A DNA stretch of 64,000 bases from positions 164,734,001 to 164,798,000 of the forward strand of contig OX597814.1 in assembly GCA_951406725.2 (NCBI GenBank), written 5' to 3'. Positions within the stretch are counted from its first letter, which is position 1. Every line of letters begins with the position of its first letter. The stretch is from Octopus vulgaris (lineage: Eukaryota). The position numbers were made by a program, and so were the translations under genes. Below are positions 43,448 to 57,010 of this stretch, in pieces. A model generated the notes under the pieces. That model was given only the letters and a program-made list of their open reading frames with translations. It ran no database searches and had not been told where the DNA came from.

Positions 43448-43984
43448 CTACCTTAGCTAAAATATAGTAACTTTGTAAGTTATTTCGTGCACTATTTAGT
43501 ATTTAATTAGATTAACCACAAGCATTAACATTTTGTAGGTTTTTATATGACAAATAAGCCTGTCTTGATGAATCACCATCATACATCCAGTAAGTAAATT
43601 CTTGTTTCAGATAATATTTAAGGCTTTTTGTACTAAATTAGCTCATTTTGTGAATTTTTTTGTAAACAGTGGCAGAGAGGATTCAAAGTCCACTGTTTTT
43701 AGTACAGCTGGTTTATTTTTGCCTATTTAATGTCTATTAATGGAAGTATTTATTATTAATTATTCTATGGTAAATTTCTATCCACAAAAAGATTTACAAG
43801 ATAATATATTATAATTATGCATGCATATTTAATTCAGTTCACATCATAAAACATACAATATAAATATATTCATAATTTACAATTCAGTACGATTGTTTTA
43901 GTATTCTGGCTGGTTTGTTGGAACTTAGTGAATCGAAACTGCAACTGAGTTAATATACGTGATATCAGAATTGACAGTTTCAAA

Positions 43985-44214
43985 GTCGGCGAGCTGGCAG
44001 AAACGTTAGCACGCCGGGCGAAATGCGTAGCCGTATTTCGTCTGCCGTTACATTCTGAGTTCAAATTCCGCCGAGGTCGACTTTGCCTTTCATCCTTTCG
44101 GGGTCGATAAATTAAGTACCAGTTACGCACTAGGGTCAATATAATCGACTTAATCCGTTTGTCTGTCCTTGTTTGTCCCCTCTATGTTTAGCCTCCTGTG
44201 GGCAATAAAGAAAT
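43985..44214 (+). mobile_element. SINE family B, full length
   Basis: Highly similar to 43218-43447, inverted. Confidence 0.92.
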
Positions 44215-44475
44215 ATATATCTAAGGTTGTATAAATACATACAGAGACTCATAAAAACGTATCTATTTTACTAGTATCTCTATGCAAAACGTAAGGAAAA
44301 AATAGCGAGCGAACTGACTTTACTGTCAGCTTTATTTGCTTTCTTCAGAAGCCGTGATCTTTCTGTCCAAAGACAAAAACACAAAATGGGCACATGTGCT
44401 AATATATTTATTGAAATATTTCCACACCTACTGTTAAATTTTACATTCTATAATAGAGTTGCATAGAGCACGATT

Positions 44476-44544
<69 letters not shown>

Positions 44545-44566
44545 CGTGTGTGTGTGTATGTGTGTG

Positions 44567-44599
<33 letters not shown>

Positions 44600-45219
44600 A
44601 CGCGCGTGTTCGTATGCATGTATATATCCATCTATATTCATCTAATACATTTAATGGATAAACACTATTGATAGGTCATTTACTGCGGTTTTTCTCTTGA
44701 GATAACATCTCTTGAAGACTTGCTGTGTTAAAACACAATATCAGAAAGCTACGGAAATTCGCCCCAGCATCCGTCTGGTGATGTTTTGAATTTTCCATTT
44801 GCAGAAATACCAACAAGTTCACTACATGGAATATTTCTAAGAGATGAATATTTAACTTGTTGCTTGCGTATCGTACTCCGGTGTATTTATTTCGGTTTCG
44901 TTTGGGCAACATATTGTGATTGCACTGTGATCTTCTAATGCAGTAAACGAAATCTTTTTGCTTTGATGTTCATATTTACGTCGATTTTCAGTTCATATGA
45001 TGGACCCTCCCATCAAGGACGGCGCATGAGCGTTCAGCTTTTGCCGAAGAACCTGCGCAAATTATTTGTTTACAGTGATCAAATGTTCGTGCGGCACATT
45101 AGCTCAGTCTCTCCATCAAATCGGCCTTATCTAGACAAGTGCACGGTGTACCACGCGTCAGGTGTCGAGGTAATTGTAAAGCAACGTGAGCGCAACACCT
45201 TAATCACTAAACCATACAC

Positions 45220-45430
<211 letters not shown>

Positions 45431-45438
45431 GTAAATAT

Positions 45439-45716
<278 letters not shown>

Positions 45717-45739
45717 GACACACGGACACACACATAATA

Positions 45740-46012
45740 TCACAGTACTGATCAGACAATCGTTGGTCACAATGCACTTCGCATTGTTTTAGCCTTCGAC
45801 TGATGCCAATCCGCTGGCTAGGTGAACAGGCCAACCATCCTCCGAATTGGAAGACTATTCCGCCGTAAGTTACTCATTTACAACTGAGTGAATTGGAACA
45901 ACGTGAAATGAAATGTTTTCCTTAAGAACACGACGCACCGCCCGGTTCGGGATTCGAACCCACGATCTAGCAATCGTAAGTGCAACAGTCTAACCAGTAG
46001 ACCACGTGCTAT
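45740..46012 (-). mobile_element. SINE related to family C
   Basis: ggattcgaacc (B box reverse complement), caacgtgaaatgaa; relatives at 58070-58292 and 59455-59690. Confidence 0.75.
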
Positions 46013-46058
46013 CACACATGCACGCGCGCACACACACACTCATGCGCACATACAAATA

Positions 46059-46094
<36 letters not shown>

Positions 46095-46254
46095 TCGAAA
46101 GCCTTTACACAATACTTCCTCTCCGACGAATTATGTCATTCTATATTTTTTAACAGCTTTTTAAACATATGTATTTGTATGTATATATTCTTTTATTCAC
46201 CTTTAGTGGAACAAATCACCTCTAGGACTTATTCTTTGTAAGCCTAATACTTAG

Positions 46255-46452
46255 TATTAGGGTTTATTTTTTGATTTGGTTGAATATTAGTGGGGTTTTT
46301 TTGGTCAGTTATCTTTAGCGTTTTGACAGAAAAAAGTCATTCTAAAATTGTTTTTTACCGTAAGCGTACCCAAACAAGTCGAATGCTTACACAGAGCTGG
46401 TTTTACAGCCACTTCATCAAAACCGACCGGGTGAAACCGGAGTTAGCTGCTA

Positions 46453-46454
<2 letters not shown>
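46255..46454 (+). mobile_element. Helitron-like 3' end
   Basis: Hairpin ccgg-gtgaaa-ccgg, then ...gCTAGt; similar ends near 16285 and 56032. Confidence 0.55.
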
Positions 46455-46510
<56 letters not shown>

Positions 46511-46559
46511 AAACAAGTCAAAAATAGAAAATGCTAAGATAATTTTATAGTGAATCTTT

Positions 46560-46597
46560 CAGTACCGGTTTCGGTCATTTTGAGACCTTTTCAACTG
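46560..46597 (-). ncRNA. Minimal type I hammerhead with U3-A8 core variant
   Basis: Minus cag-TTGAAAA-ggtc/tcaaaat/gacc-GAAA-ccgg-TA-ctg. Confidence 0.65.
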
Positions 46598-47170
46598 TAA
46601 CGATTAAATAATTAAATTTAGAAAAATTAGAAGAAAAGTCTTTTTAAAAGAATATTTCTGTAGTAGTGTTCAGATATAAGTAGCATTCTGCCTTTCTCTG
46701 ACTCCCTTGTTTGCACTTGTGTGTTCGAGGTCGTTTTGAGTTCTTGGTAGGGTAGGTGAAGAATAAGGAGGCTGATGTGGAGAGGGGGTGGGGAAATCTG
46801 GGAATGCCTTAATGGTCGTATTTTGAATGGTCAGTGGCTGACAGTAGTCGCAGTTCAATTCAGGAATTGTTTATGGAATTTGCGTAGGCGTTATACTGAA
46901 AGACATTAGTGACAAGGTTAAGGGGTGGAAGGTGGAGAAGTAGAAGAAGAAGAAGATGACGATGTTGATGATGATGATGATGAAGAAAAAGAAGAAGAAG
47001 AAGGAGAAGGAGAAGATGGTGGTGATGATGGTGGTGATGATGATGACGACGATGATGATGATAATGATGATGATGAAGAAGAGGAAGAAGAAGAAGAAAA
47101 AAAAATATATATATATGTATATAATATATAATGTATATATATATATATAATGTATGTATGTATGTATGTA

Positions 47171-47216
<46 letters not shown>

Positions 47217-47904
47217 TACATACATACATACATACATTCATACATATATATATTCAATTTGTAGAAGCTAACCCTTCACTCTGCTGTTTCTCTGAATAGC
47301 ATTCTCATTTGTGTGTGCACATTGAAAATATGTTTATAGATTTGAGATGTAAATTTTCAAACAACTTTCGTGCTTTCACAAATAAGTATGTACAAAAATG
47401 TTTATTCGAGGAAAGGCCATATGTATATGCGTCAGCATATGACAGATTGTGATTGTGTGGAGTAATTTTCTGTCTATAAATATGCATTCTATTTGAAAAC
47501 AGTTGTGCGGTAGACATAACAGTGCAAATTATTAAAGCGATGTGTGAATTTGGCATAGATGTTTTACGTGGGCATTGATTGTTGCTGCAGTTTCTCTCGA
47601 TGCAAACAATCTGCGATTTCATTGAATAACATCGCATGGAATAATTCTGAAAGAGCGGGAGAGACAGGATAGTGAAAGAAAGTGAGAGAGAAAGGGAGGG
47701 AGAGAGAGAAAGAAGGAGAGAGAGAGAGAGCGAACGAGAGATGGTGTGTGTGGAGTCGTATGCATATACACATATATTCGCCACATATGCGTGAGTATAT
47801 GTATTGGTGACAATGGTTGAATTTATTCATATATATATATATATTGATATATATGTGTGTGTATGTTTGTGTGTTTGTGTGTGTGCTTGCGTATGTGTGT
47901 GTAA

Positions 47905-47955
<51 letters not shown>

Positions 47956-48052
47956 CATACATACATACATATAGTGATATATGTATACATATATCTCGCT
48001 TTAGATATGCATGTATGTACACACACAGGCATTCATAGAAAGAGAAAGAAGC

Positions 48053-48085
<33 letters not shown>

Positions 48086-48270
48086 AAGAAAGAAAGAAGC
48101 AAATAAAGGGGAAAGCTGCAACCCGATAAACAAAAATGTAGGAGAAACTGTGCAGGGTAAGTGATGTATAAGAAAAAAGAAAGAACGAAAGAAAATTCAT
48201 AAGTACAATGGTTTGGCAAAAGGATTATGAAACACGGATATATATATATCTTCTATCTTTTATCTTTTTT

Positions 48271-48302
<32 letters not shown>

Positions 48303-48403
48303 GGCTAACAAGACAGATATTGGTATGTATATATAATATGTATGCTTTATATGTATGTATAATTGTATGTATGCACATCTGTAAGTGTGCATGTATGAAT
48401 GTG

Positions 48404-48457
<54 letters not shown>

Positions 48458-49029
48458 TTTCAATAAAATTCTATCTCATTGTGATTAGAACTGAAAGCAT
48501 TGAATCAGACAATATACTGACAACAAAAATATCACTTATTAATTAGATAGTGATATTAATTCTTTCTATTCTTTTTAGTATTGGCATTCCTTACATATGA
48601 TTAGAAAAGTATGACATGAAACACAATAATATTGTATGAACACATACAATAATAGATAATATTATAAAAGAAAAATATGTTGATTAACACAATTGTATCA
48701 TACTCAAAGCAAATACATCATTGTATGATAAACTGCGTTATCATCTCGAGATAAGATCACTTATAGGCAAATGGAGTAAAAGAAACCATAGAAAAATGTC
48801 TGAAGAAGGCGAAAATCGTGCAGGAGTGTTAGTGCCGTTGCTAAAAACGTATTTCTGCTTTTTGGGTTTCACTAGCAGAAAATATCGACTGGTAACTACA
48901 TGCTAAAGCGAAATCAGCCTCTCTTATATAGTAAAACAGTGACTGAAAAGTCATCGATGCAGAGAAACTGAATAAGAATTCGTTAAGAGCGACAGAAGCA
49001 ATATTGGTTCAGTGGATTAGTTATGGCTA

Positions 49030-49244
49030 GACTATCGCGGGTATTACATTCCAAATCCTGGCCGCGATAGGTGAAAATCCGCGAAGTAGAAACAGTGCTA
49101 TACTGTATATTTTTTTAAAATTATTTTTATAATCTATATATATTTATTTCATCATAGATATAAAACAACACCACGGAGGAATCGGCATAAGCTTAAATAA
49201 TAAACCGCGATATGTGAACCGCCGTATGACGAAGGATTACTGTA
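49030..49244. mobile_element. Tigger/pogo-like MITE, one end lost
   Basis: Terminal cgaaggattactgTA and internal ccgcga subterminal motifs. Confidence 0.6.
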
Positions 49245-50530
49245 TATTGGAGTATACCGTTATTTTATAATAGCAATTTTTTAAAAACATATTTATTTAG
49301 AACAGATATGTTGCTGTTAACCTTTATGTTACTTTTATGTGCAAACAAAATTTCTAAATTTGGACAAAACCTATAATTAAAAAAATATAGAAAAATGTTC
49401 GAGGATTGAGCGCCCGCATTTTTCATTCTAGAACAAAGCAATTACGAGCATTATCAGCTCTACGAAGAAGAGGAGCTCCTTTGTGGTAACTTGGCCTGCA
49501 AGAAATAACAACCAAATTACTTCAAATCACATATCTCACCATTTTAAAAGTGAAAAGGCAATTAAATCACAAAACCCTCCTCATAGTAACACAGCGAGAC
49601 CGTTACAGCTGGACTGCCTATTATTATAGATGTTCTCGATCAGAATTAAGCAAGAGCTAAATTGCAACACATTTATCTACTACACATCACATCACGTTGC
49701 AGAATAAACCCTTCAAATCAGTGAAATTCACAGACAACAGGCGGACAAGCAGATGCAAGATACGTACATTGTACCTAAGCCGTAATTTGAAACCTTTCCA
49801 GTGGATATAAGAAGTGCAATAGGGACATAAACATCTCACAACATCCAAGGCTAATAATACTCACTACTACACACCTAAAACAGTTTAATTCTGTTTTGAA
49901 GACATTATTTTGCCTACCAGCATCATCAAGACACCACAAGCCAGCAAGGTGATCTCTATGCGTTCGTATGACCTGAGAAAAGTCAGCCAAATCTTCAAAT
50001 TATATTATACTGTCATGTAGTGCTGCATACACCTAAGTAATGTAATATCCTCAAAAAGATGGAATGGTCACGTTAGGAATGTTCTACCATAGCTGCAGCA
50101 ACTCTTTAGCATACAAATAATTTCCTATACCGGACATCACTTGCTTCTTCTCACCTAATGTACTGTAACAACTTCAAGCCTCTAACGACTGTAGAGTAAG
50201 ATGTTACAAGACAAAATATATCACTTAATCAACTAGCCATCTGCTTTAAAAGTAACACCAAAGAACACAAAATACAACCAGACATTAACTTGGCAATAAA
50301 CATATCGTCCCCACCCACCTACCCACACAGAAGCAAAAATTAAATTCTAGGAATGTACAATTTTTTTTAAATACCAAGCATAGAACAATAAAAATAATAC
50401 AATAAGATCACGTACTTATATGCTAAAAAAGACAATTATGATAGTCGACCTACACAGAAAGGCCAAGGACAATATACAAATACTGTATTAGATCCATCAT
50501 AGATTATATTAATCGTCTCTGAATGCTTAA

Positions 50531-50748
50531 CCCTTTAGCATTCAAACCGGCCATAGCAGGCCCAAATATTCTATCTGATTTATGCTCAATCTAACTAGGT
50601 CATGCCTCTCATACCTATCCTACTATGTCATTCTAAAAATAAACAATCACATCATCAAAACCTTAGAGCTACAAGACAATGCATGATTAATAAAAGCGAT
50701 GCGAATAAATAAGCATTACGTTTGAGAGAGCAAGCCGAATACTAAGGG
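50531..50748. mobile_element. piggyBac-type MITE
   Basis: TTAA|ccctttagcattc ... gaatactaaggg|TTAA. Confidence 0.8.
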
Positions 50749-51577
50749 TTAAATTCTTCGCTATAAATCCACCAAATCACAACTACTGCAGACTAATACT
50801 CTTCACATGAATGCAAGTAGCACTCAGGCCACAACATCACTAGACCTAAACAATATAGTGGGATCCTTATATGAAGAAAAGTACCCGTCGCCCTCCGATT
50901 GAATGCAATTCGTCCACCTTTGTTGTTGCCATACCCAGGAACTACAGGTTTGGATGAACAGGCAGGACAATAAGGAAGCAAATACAAAATACTAGCATAT
51001 TTAGACTGTTAAGATTTACCAAATGTAGATTCTGACTACAGCCGGAAACTATTGTCATACAGAAAAAGATAGGAAAATAAGGATATGCGAAATTTCCAAA
51101 GTAACATATTTCAACTGGTATAATGACTTACTGCATATTGGGACAAGTAATATGACACCCACCCCACCTACCAACCAGGCAGGATTGTAATAATCTGGAG
51201 GAAAGAACTACGGGCCACACTTCATCGTAGAATAGACATTTTGCATACGGTAAGTCCACTGCGTCAGGGCAGGACGGAGATACTTAGCGTTATTGCAAAT
51301 TTTATAGAAACAACGAGGTAACGCCTGTACGAGATCAATAGAACAACTCAAGGCTAAAGAATGCAACCAAATGTTCTCTCAGATAATATGCAGGTTTTCA
51401 ATCCAGCAAGGTAGATGACAGATGATTAAATTACATCAGTTATTATAGTCCATTGTTGTTATTATTGTGCATTGCTGTGCCATTCAAAACACATTATTAT
51501 TATTTATTATTTTTTTGCAAACGATACACAATGCTTCAAGCAAATTGTAAAACTCTCCTATATAAATATATACATAC

Positions 51578-51632
<55 letters not shown>

Positions 51633-51719
51633 TACATACATACATACATACATACATACATACATACATACATACATACATACATACATACATACATACA
51701 TTATATATATGATAAATCG

Positions 51720-51895
51720 CTAACCACTATACTTTTCTCTATTTTCTCTCCCTGTTTATTTCTGTGTTCCTTTCTGTCGAAGATCGTAGGCTCGAAACGT
51801 AAAAGACTTTCTCACTTCCCGAGCGTTAAACTAATACATCTGTTTGTTGTTTACACACCAGTCTTCGTCTTTTGTTTTTTGTAAATACTCATTAT
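51720..51895 (+). mobile_element. PLE-terminal-repeat-like element with hammerhead-like motif (U6 variant, 51770-51805)
   Basis: cttt-CTGTCGA-agatcgtaggctc-GAAA-cg-TA-aaag; homolog at 54560-54755; embedded in (TA)/(TACA)n. Confidence 0.7.
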
Positions 51896-51907
51896 ATATA
51901 TATATGC

Positions 51908-51938
<31 letters not shown>

Positions 51939-52471
51939 TGTATGTATGTATGTATGTATGTATGTATGTATGTATGTATGTATATTCAGTGGCCGTTCAT
52001 ACTAAGCTGGGTACCGTCTAATCCAACCACAGAAGCGCCTTTTCAATAAAGTAATGTTGATAGCATATGAGTTCAAACAAAAGCCCATTTGATATATTTA
52101 ACTGGAGGAGAGGTAAGATGCGTGGTATGTCTGCTGATAGAAGTAGAGATAATGATATTTAAAAGTTTAAATTTAGATATACGAACCTAATGTTAGCTAG
52201 CTGCCAATGTAACGGTCAGAACGTAGAGCCAGCAGCATTTCCCACATCGTGATGTCCTTTGAACAATAAGAAGCGGCCTGGCAAAAAATCCGATGACTTA
52301 CCAGTAAGTGACAGTTATTACAATTGAATGATTCAAGTACGTACTTTATGTATGTCTAAAGCATTTATTAATAAAGAAAATTATATATGTATATGCAAGC
52401 ATATATATACATATATATACATACATATATATACATACACACATGTATATATATGCATGTATATATATGTG

Positions 52472-52502
<31 letters not shown>

Positions 52503-52528
52503 ATGTATGTGCATATATACATATATTC

Positions 52529-53074
52529 ATGTCAGGTCACTTTCGAGTGCTACTGGTAACATGTAACCCAGTACAACCTGTTGCATGGTCGGGTCGTCGG
52601 TGTTTAAACTGGCAACCCCAACAAGCTTGCTTGGTGAGTGGGGTGTTTATTGGACACCCTGCGGGATGAAAAACAAAACCCGTCAAAGGGCGGAGGAACT
52701 CTTGAGAGTCAACGGCCATCCAATAAATGTCTTAAGGCTTTATCATGCGCGGGGACATAGAAATAATCGGACTGAATACCCGATCGCGCAGTTAAACCAT
52801 TGGGAGTGAAGGACTCCCAGCCTTTGTTAGGGCATCCTTCTAGGAGTAGGTAACTCAGGTAACTGGGATAACTCCGACATAAACGTGCGACTCAGTGTTT
52901 ACCGATGATGTTGACTTGTTCTTCTTTTCGGATTATGGTTGCTGTTGCTTAGTGAGTGAGATTGACTCAGTGTACAGCCTTTCCTCACTTTAAAAATATC
53001 TTCTTGCACAGGCATTGCACGATAACAACATTGATTAAGCTTCGTGCAATGGCCATACTCGAGGGGGCAGCCAC
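52529..53074 (+). mobile_element. RTE-leader-like non-coding element, second variant
   Basis: 5' ~190 bp homologous to 30468-30660; 3' part unrelated. Confidence 0.6.
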
Positions 53075-53215
53075 CATATACATACATATATATATATATA
53101 TATATAGGACAGCTGTAATAATTGTGTAAATCTAAGAGGAGTTGAATAAAATCATAATTAAATGATCCTCCTGTTTTTCATTTACCTAAAGTCAGGAACT
53201 TTTCAATACCTTCTC

Positions 53216-53281
<66 letters not shown>

Positions 53282-53329
53282 TTCATACGCGTGGTATAAA
53301 TAGGGAAAAAGTAAAAAGAAGCAAAGAAA

Positions 53330-54062
53330 ATGCGCACTAGGTGTAAATGTAATGGCATTTTTATAAAAACAAAAATTTATACATAGAAATAAATGATTTG
53401 AGGTGGAATTAAGAAGTATAAAAATCATTATCCTGAGTTAATATAGAAAGTCATACCGGTTTCATCATCGCTGTTCACTGATTTTTAATCAACAGCGATC
53501 TTCAAACGGTGTTGGGTCTGACTGAAAAGATTGCATGCAAGGGAGGTAAGTAGTTCTCAAAGTGATGCAATTAGGTTAATATGTTTAATAGATATGAAAG
53601 GTATATGGGATGTATGCGGGTTAGTGGGATTATTGTTATTAGTAAGGTTAGAAGAGTCCTGTATTAAGTTGTGTGTTCATGTTAAGTTGTGGTTGATATT
53701 TAATAATGAAATTTGCCGCTTTATTTAGTCCTTGCTGCACTGAGGTACCCTGGAGATATTGATAGAAAGGGAAATTAGAAAGTTTGGTTTAAGGTTCTAG
53801 CACATCTATCTATGTGCTCACTGACCTGTGTCTGTCTATATTGTGGGAAGCAGGTTTGTTCTTTGTGAAGCGTTGCCCTTCGTCTGAGGGACATTCGAGT
53901 TTGGCCTGTTTAGTATTTTCGCAACCTAAGCAGGTAATAACATAGATTATGTTTTCAGAGGCACAAGTGAAATTTGACTTTATCTTAAATATTTCACCTT
54001 GTTTGAAATGAAATTCTGTACCCTCCAGAAAGGTGCAAGTATTGCCACAGTTAGGTTCCGCA
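53330..54062 (-). mobile_element. Penelope-like element 3' fragment: GIY-YIG domain, UTR and hammerhead-like motif (53447-53505)
   Basis: IKSNFTCASENIIYVITCLGCE../TGQTRMSLRRRATLHKEQ..VSEHIDRC; downstream TTGAAGA-tcgctgtt...aacagcga-tgat-GAAA-ccgg-TA. Confidence 0.85.
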
Positions 54063-54755
54063 TTTTCCTCTTGGCTGACCGGTTCGCGGAGCACCTTTGA
54101 GATATCTAACTCGGCAATGACATCCAAGTCTCGTGCCACTTTCACTATACCGGTCATTCGCTACAAAATCTGTCTGTTTGGACTGTGTCTGCACAGTGGC
54201 CATCTGGACTCCCGCCTTCGCCGTGAACAAGAATTAATCTCCTCTCTTCATTCCTTTATACCGTATGAGCTCAACTCACCTCTCTTCATCTGATACCAAC
54301 CCCCACGGATTCCCACATACCTCCCACATTCAACTGCCCCCTCCACCTACACACCTTTATACCGCTTACTTTGGTACCCTCACTACATTCGCACCACTAT
54401 ACACACACTTACACACTCTCCAACTTATCACTCACTTCACATACCATTATACACATCCATAACACCTTTCCACTCCACACACCCATAACATCTTTTCACT
54501 CCTTTTATCTCCTTTTCATTCGACATCTTTTTTCCCAGTCATACGCTATGTTGGATCGCTGAACTCTATACTGTTTTTTTTCCCTCTCCGTTTTATTCTT
54601 CATTCTTTTTCAATTTTTTCCGTCATTCCTTTCTGTCGAAATGCGTAGGCTCGAAACGTAAAAGACTTTCCCATTTTTCCGAGCGTCAAACTAATACACC
54701 TTCTTGTTCCTACTCATTTCTTCGTCTTTCGCTTTTCTGTAAATTTGAACCGTAA
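54063..54755 (+). mobile_element. Penelope-like element 3' fragment (different family) ending in a hammerhead-like terminal repeat
   Basis: LADRFAEHL..RLRREQELISSLHSFIPYELN; then CTGTCGA..GAAACGTA at 54633-54660. Confidence 0.8.
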
Positions 54756-54768
54756 CATATATATATAT

Positions 54769-55446
54769 ATCAGGTTAAGTAAAAAGTAAGCAATGTTTTG
54801 AACCATGAAGAATTTGTACCGGATATTTTCAGAGTTGTGAATATTTTTAAAAACATTTTTTTGTAGCAATTGTCTGATAATACAGACATAGACTTGCCCA
54901 AATGCATCAATAATTTAACATTGATTTTTTTTCACCGTTGTTACAATCATCTGAAATGGAACTGTCAAAGCGCCATATTCGAGCGATTTTGCTATTCAAC
55001 TTCAAAAAAGGACGTAAAGCAGCTGAAACTGCTACTCCTCCGTCTCAGACTAGTCAACAGAAGAGGGCCAATCATTCTTCATGACAATGCTCGATCACAC
55101 GTTTCACTAATGATGCTCCAGAAGTTGAGGGAATTTGGCTACGAAGTTCTTTCTCACCCAGCTTATTCCCTAGACCTTTCTCCTACCAGCTACAACTTTT
55201 CAAGCAACTTCATGGCTTCCTGTGAGAGGAGCTCAAAACCTAAACCAGTGCTGAAAGTGCGTGCAAGGAGTTCATCAGCTGTAGAACACCAGATTTTTAT
55301 GTTACGGGAATAAACAAACTTGAGACTCGGCAAAAATGTGTTGATTGTAATGGTATTTATTTTGATGAATACAATTTCTGCATTGTTGAAATATATTGTG
55401 ATGAATTTCATGTTTCAAAATGTTGCTTACTTTTTACACAGTCTTA
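54769..55446 (+). mobile_element. Internally deleted mariner with both TIRs
   Basis: gtaaaaagtaagcaatgttttgaa / ttcaaaatgttgcttactttttac; MELSKRHIRAILLFNFKKGRKAAETA fused to ILHDNARSH..LSHPAYSLDLSPTSY (HDNA and YSPDL-like motifs). Confidence 0.9.
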
Positions 55447-55470
55447 TAGACAAACAAACAAACACACACA

Positions 55471-55513
<43 letters not shown>

Positions 55514-56030
55514 ACACACAAACACACATATTTATAAAATTTCGAGACAATCAGGTATTTAAAAGCACCAATGTCGTATCGATAATAGCGCTGTCGTGTA
55601 CAATATACAACGACAAATACGTACTAACTAAACACGAATTTGCTCTTCAGTTATGCATACATTCATAACTGGCTGACTGAATGCACAATGAGTCATCAGG
55701 GTCACACATGGTTACACTCACTGCACCTATTGCACCGCTGTTCTTAGACTCTAAATCCAAACGAATTTGAAAGTTAAATGAATGATAAACAATAACAACA
55801 GATGGATTGTGATTCACTACAGCTGTTTCGGACGTGTTTATGACCTCTGACAATCTTTCTCGCCAACCTCCGGAAACCTCTCTCACCAACCTCCAACAAT
55901 CTCTCCCTCCTGCAGTTGACATTTTTTTGTACTTTTTCATGACAGAAAATACATGTTTTGTGGAAGTAACCAGAGTAATAAGGCATCTCAATAGAACATC
56001 TTCACCTCCGGCAATTACCGGGTATACCAG

Positions 56031-56122
<92 letters not shown>

Positions 56123-56253
56123 TGTGTGTGTGAGTGTGTGTGTGTGTGAGTGTGTGTGTGTATGTATGTATGTATAAAATAAACTGAAACAGTGTTCATA
56201 CCCAACCTTTGATGGACTATGTATAGGTCGATGTTTAAAATCTTACCTGTTTA

Positions 56254-56355
56254 AAATTTTACCGGATGATGGTGGATTTCATATAAATAAGATGTGACAT
56301 TTTATGACTGCATTGAATAAATAAAATTTTACCGGCACAGCTGTCGTAAATTTTA
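56254..56355 (+). ncRNA. Decayed hammerhead motif with long helix II
   Basis: aattttac-CGGATGA-tggt...acc-GGCA-cagctg-TC-gtaaattt; a similar GAAA-cagctg-TA remnant lies on the minus strand near 55810-55830. Confidence 0.45.
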
Positions 56356-56573
56356 AATGCTATTTTCGTTTACTTGCTCTTTATATTCCACACCAAGGAC
56401 CCACCCGTGAAATTTTTATGATTTAAATTGGATTTGGTTCACGCATATCTACAGTATCCCAGCCATTTCTGGCGTCCTACGAGTTGGTGTGCCTTGATTC
56501 TTATGAATCTTTGTAACAAAATCATATATATGCATATATTACTTATGTGTGTGTATGTGTGTGTTTGTGTGTT

Positions 56574-56674
<101 letters not shown>

Positions 56675-56928
56675 TTAACAGGAAAACTCAGCGAAAGACA
56701 AGGAAGCATGTAAATTCACTCATCATCCATGGAAACCTAGATTTCAAGCGCTGCTTCGGCGCTTTGAATGTCCAAATACTTCAAATTCCATGGTACTGTT
56801 CTTCTGGTACGCCAGGGATACGAGGAATATTACTGAAGTAATGGGCAAATAAGGACAAAATCAGGAAACTAAAATACGCAAAATTACGAATAGAAAATGC
56901 AGTAAAAGAATATGCCCATATACATACA

Positions 56929-57010
<82 letters not shown>

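Noticed and set aside
46925-47131. Highly acidic ORF (poly-E/D)
   Set aside because: Compound (GAA)/(GAT)/(GGT) repeat that runs into (TA)n, with no splice or homology support.
48800-48830. CTGAAGAaggcGAAA hammerhead-like core
   Set aside because: No helix I, II or III pairing.
49740-51400. A-rich segment suggestive of a decayed LINE
   Set aside because: No recognisable protein motif in any frame by eye; needs a translated repeat-library search.
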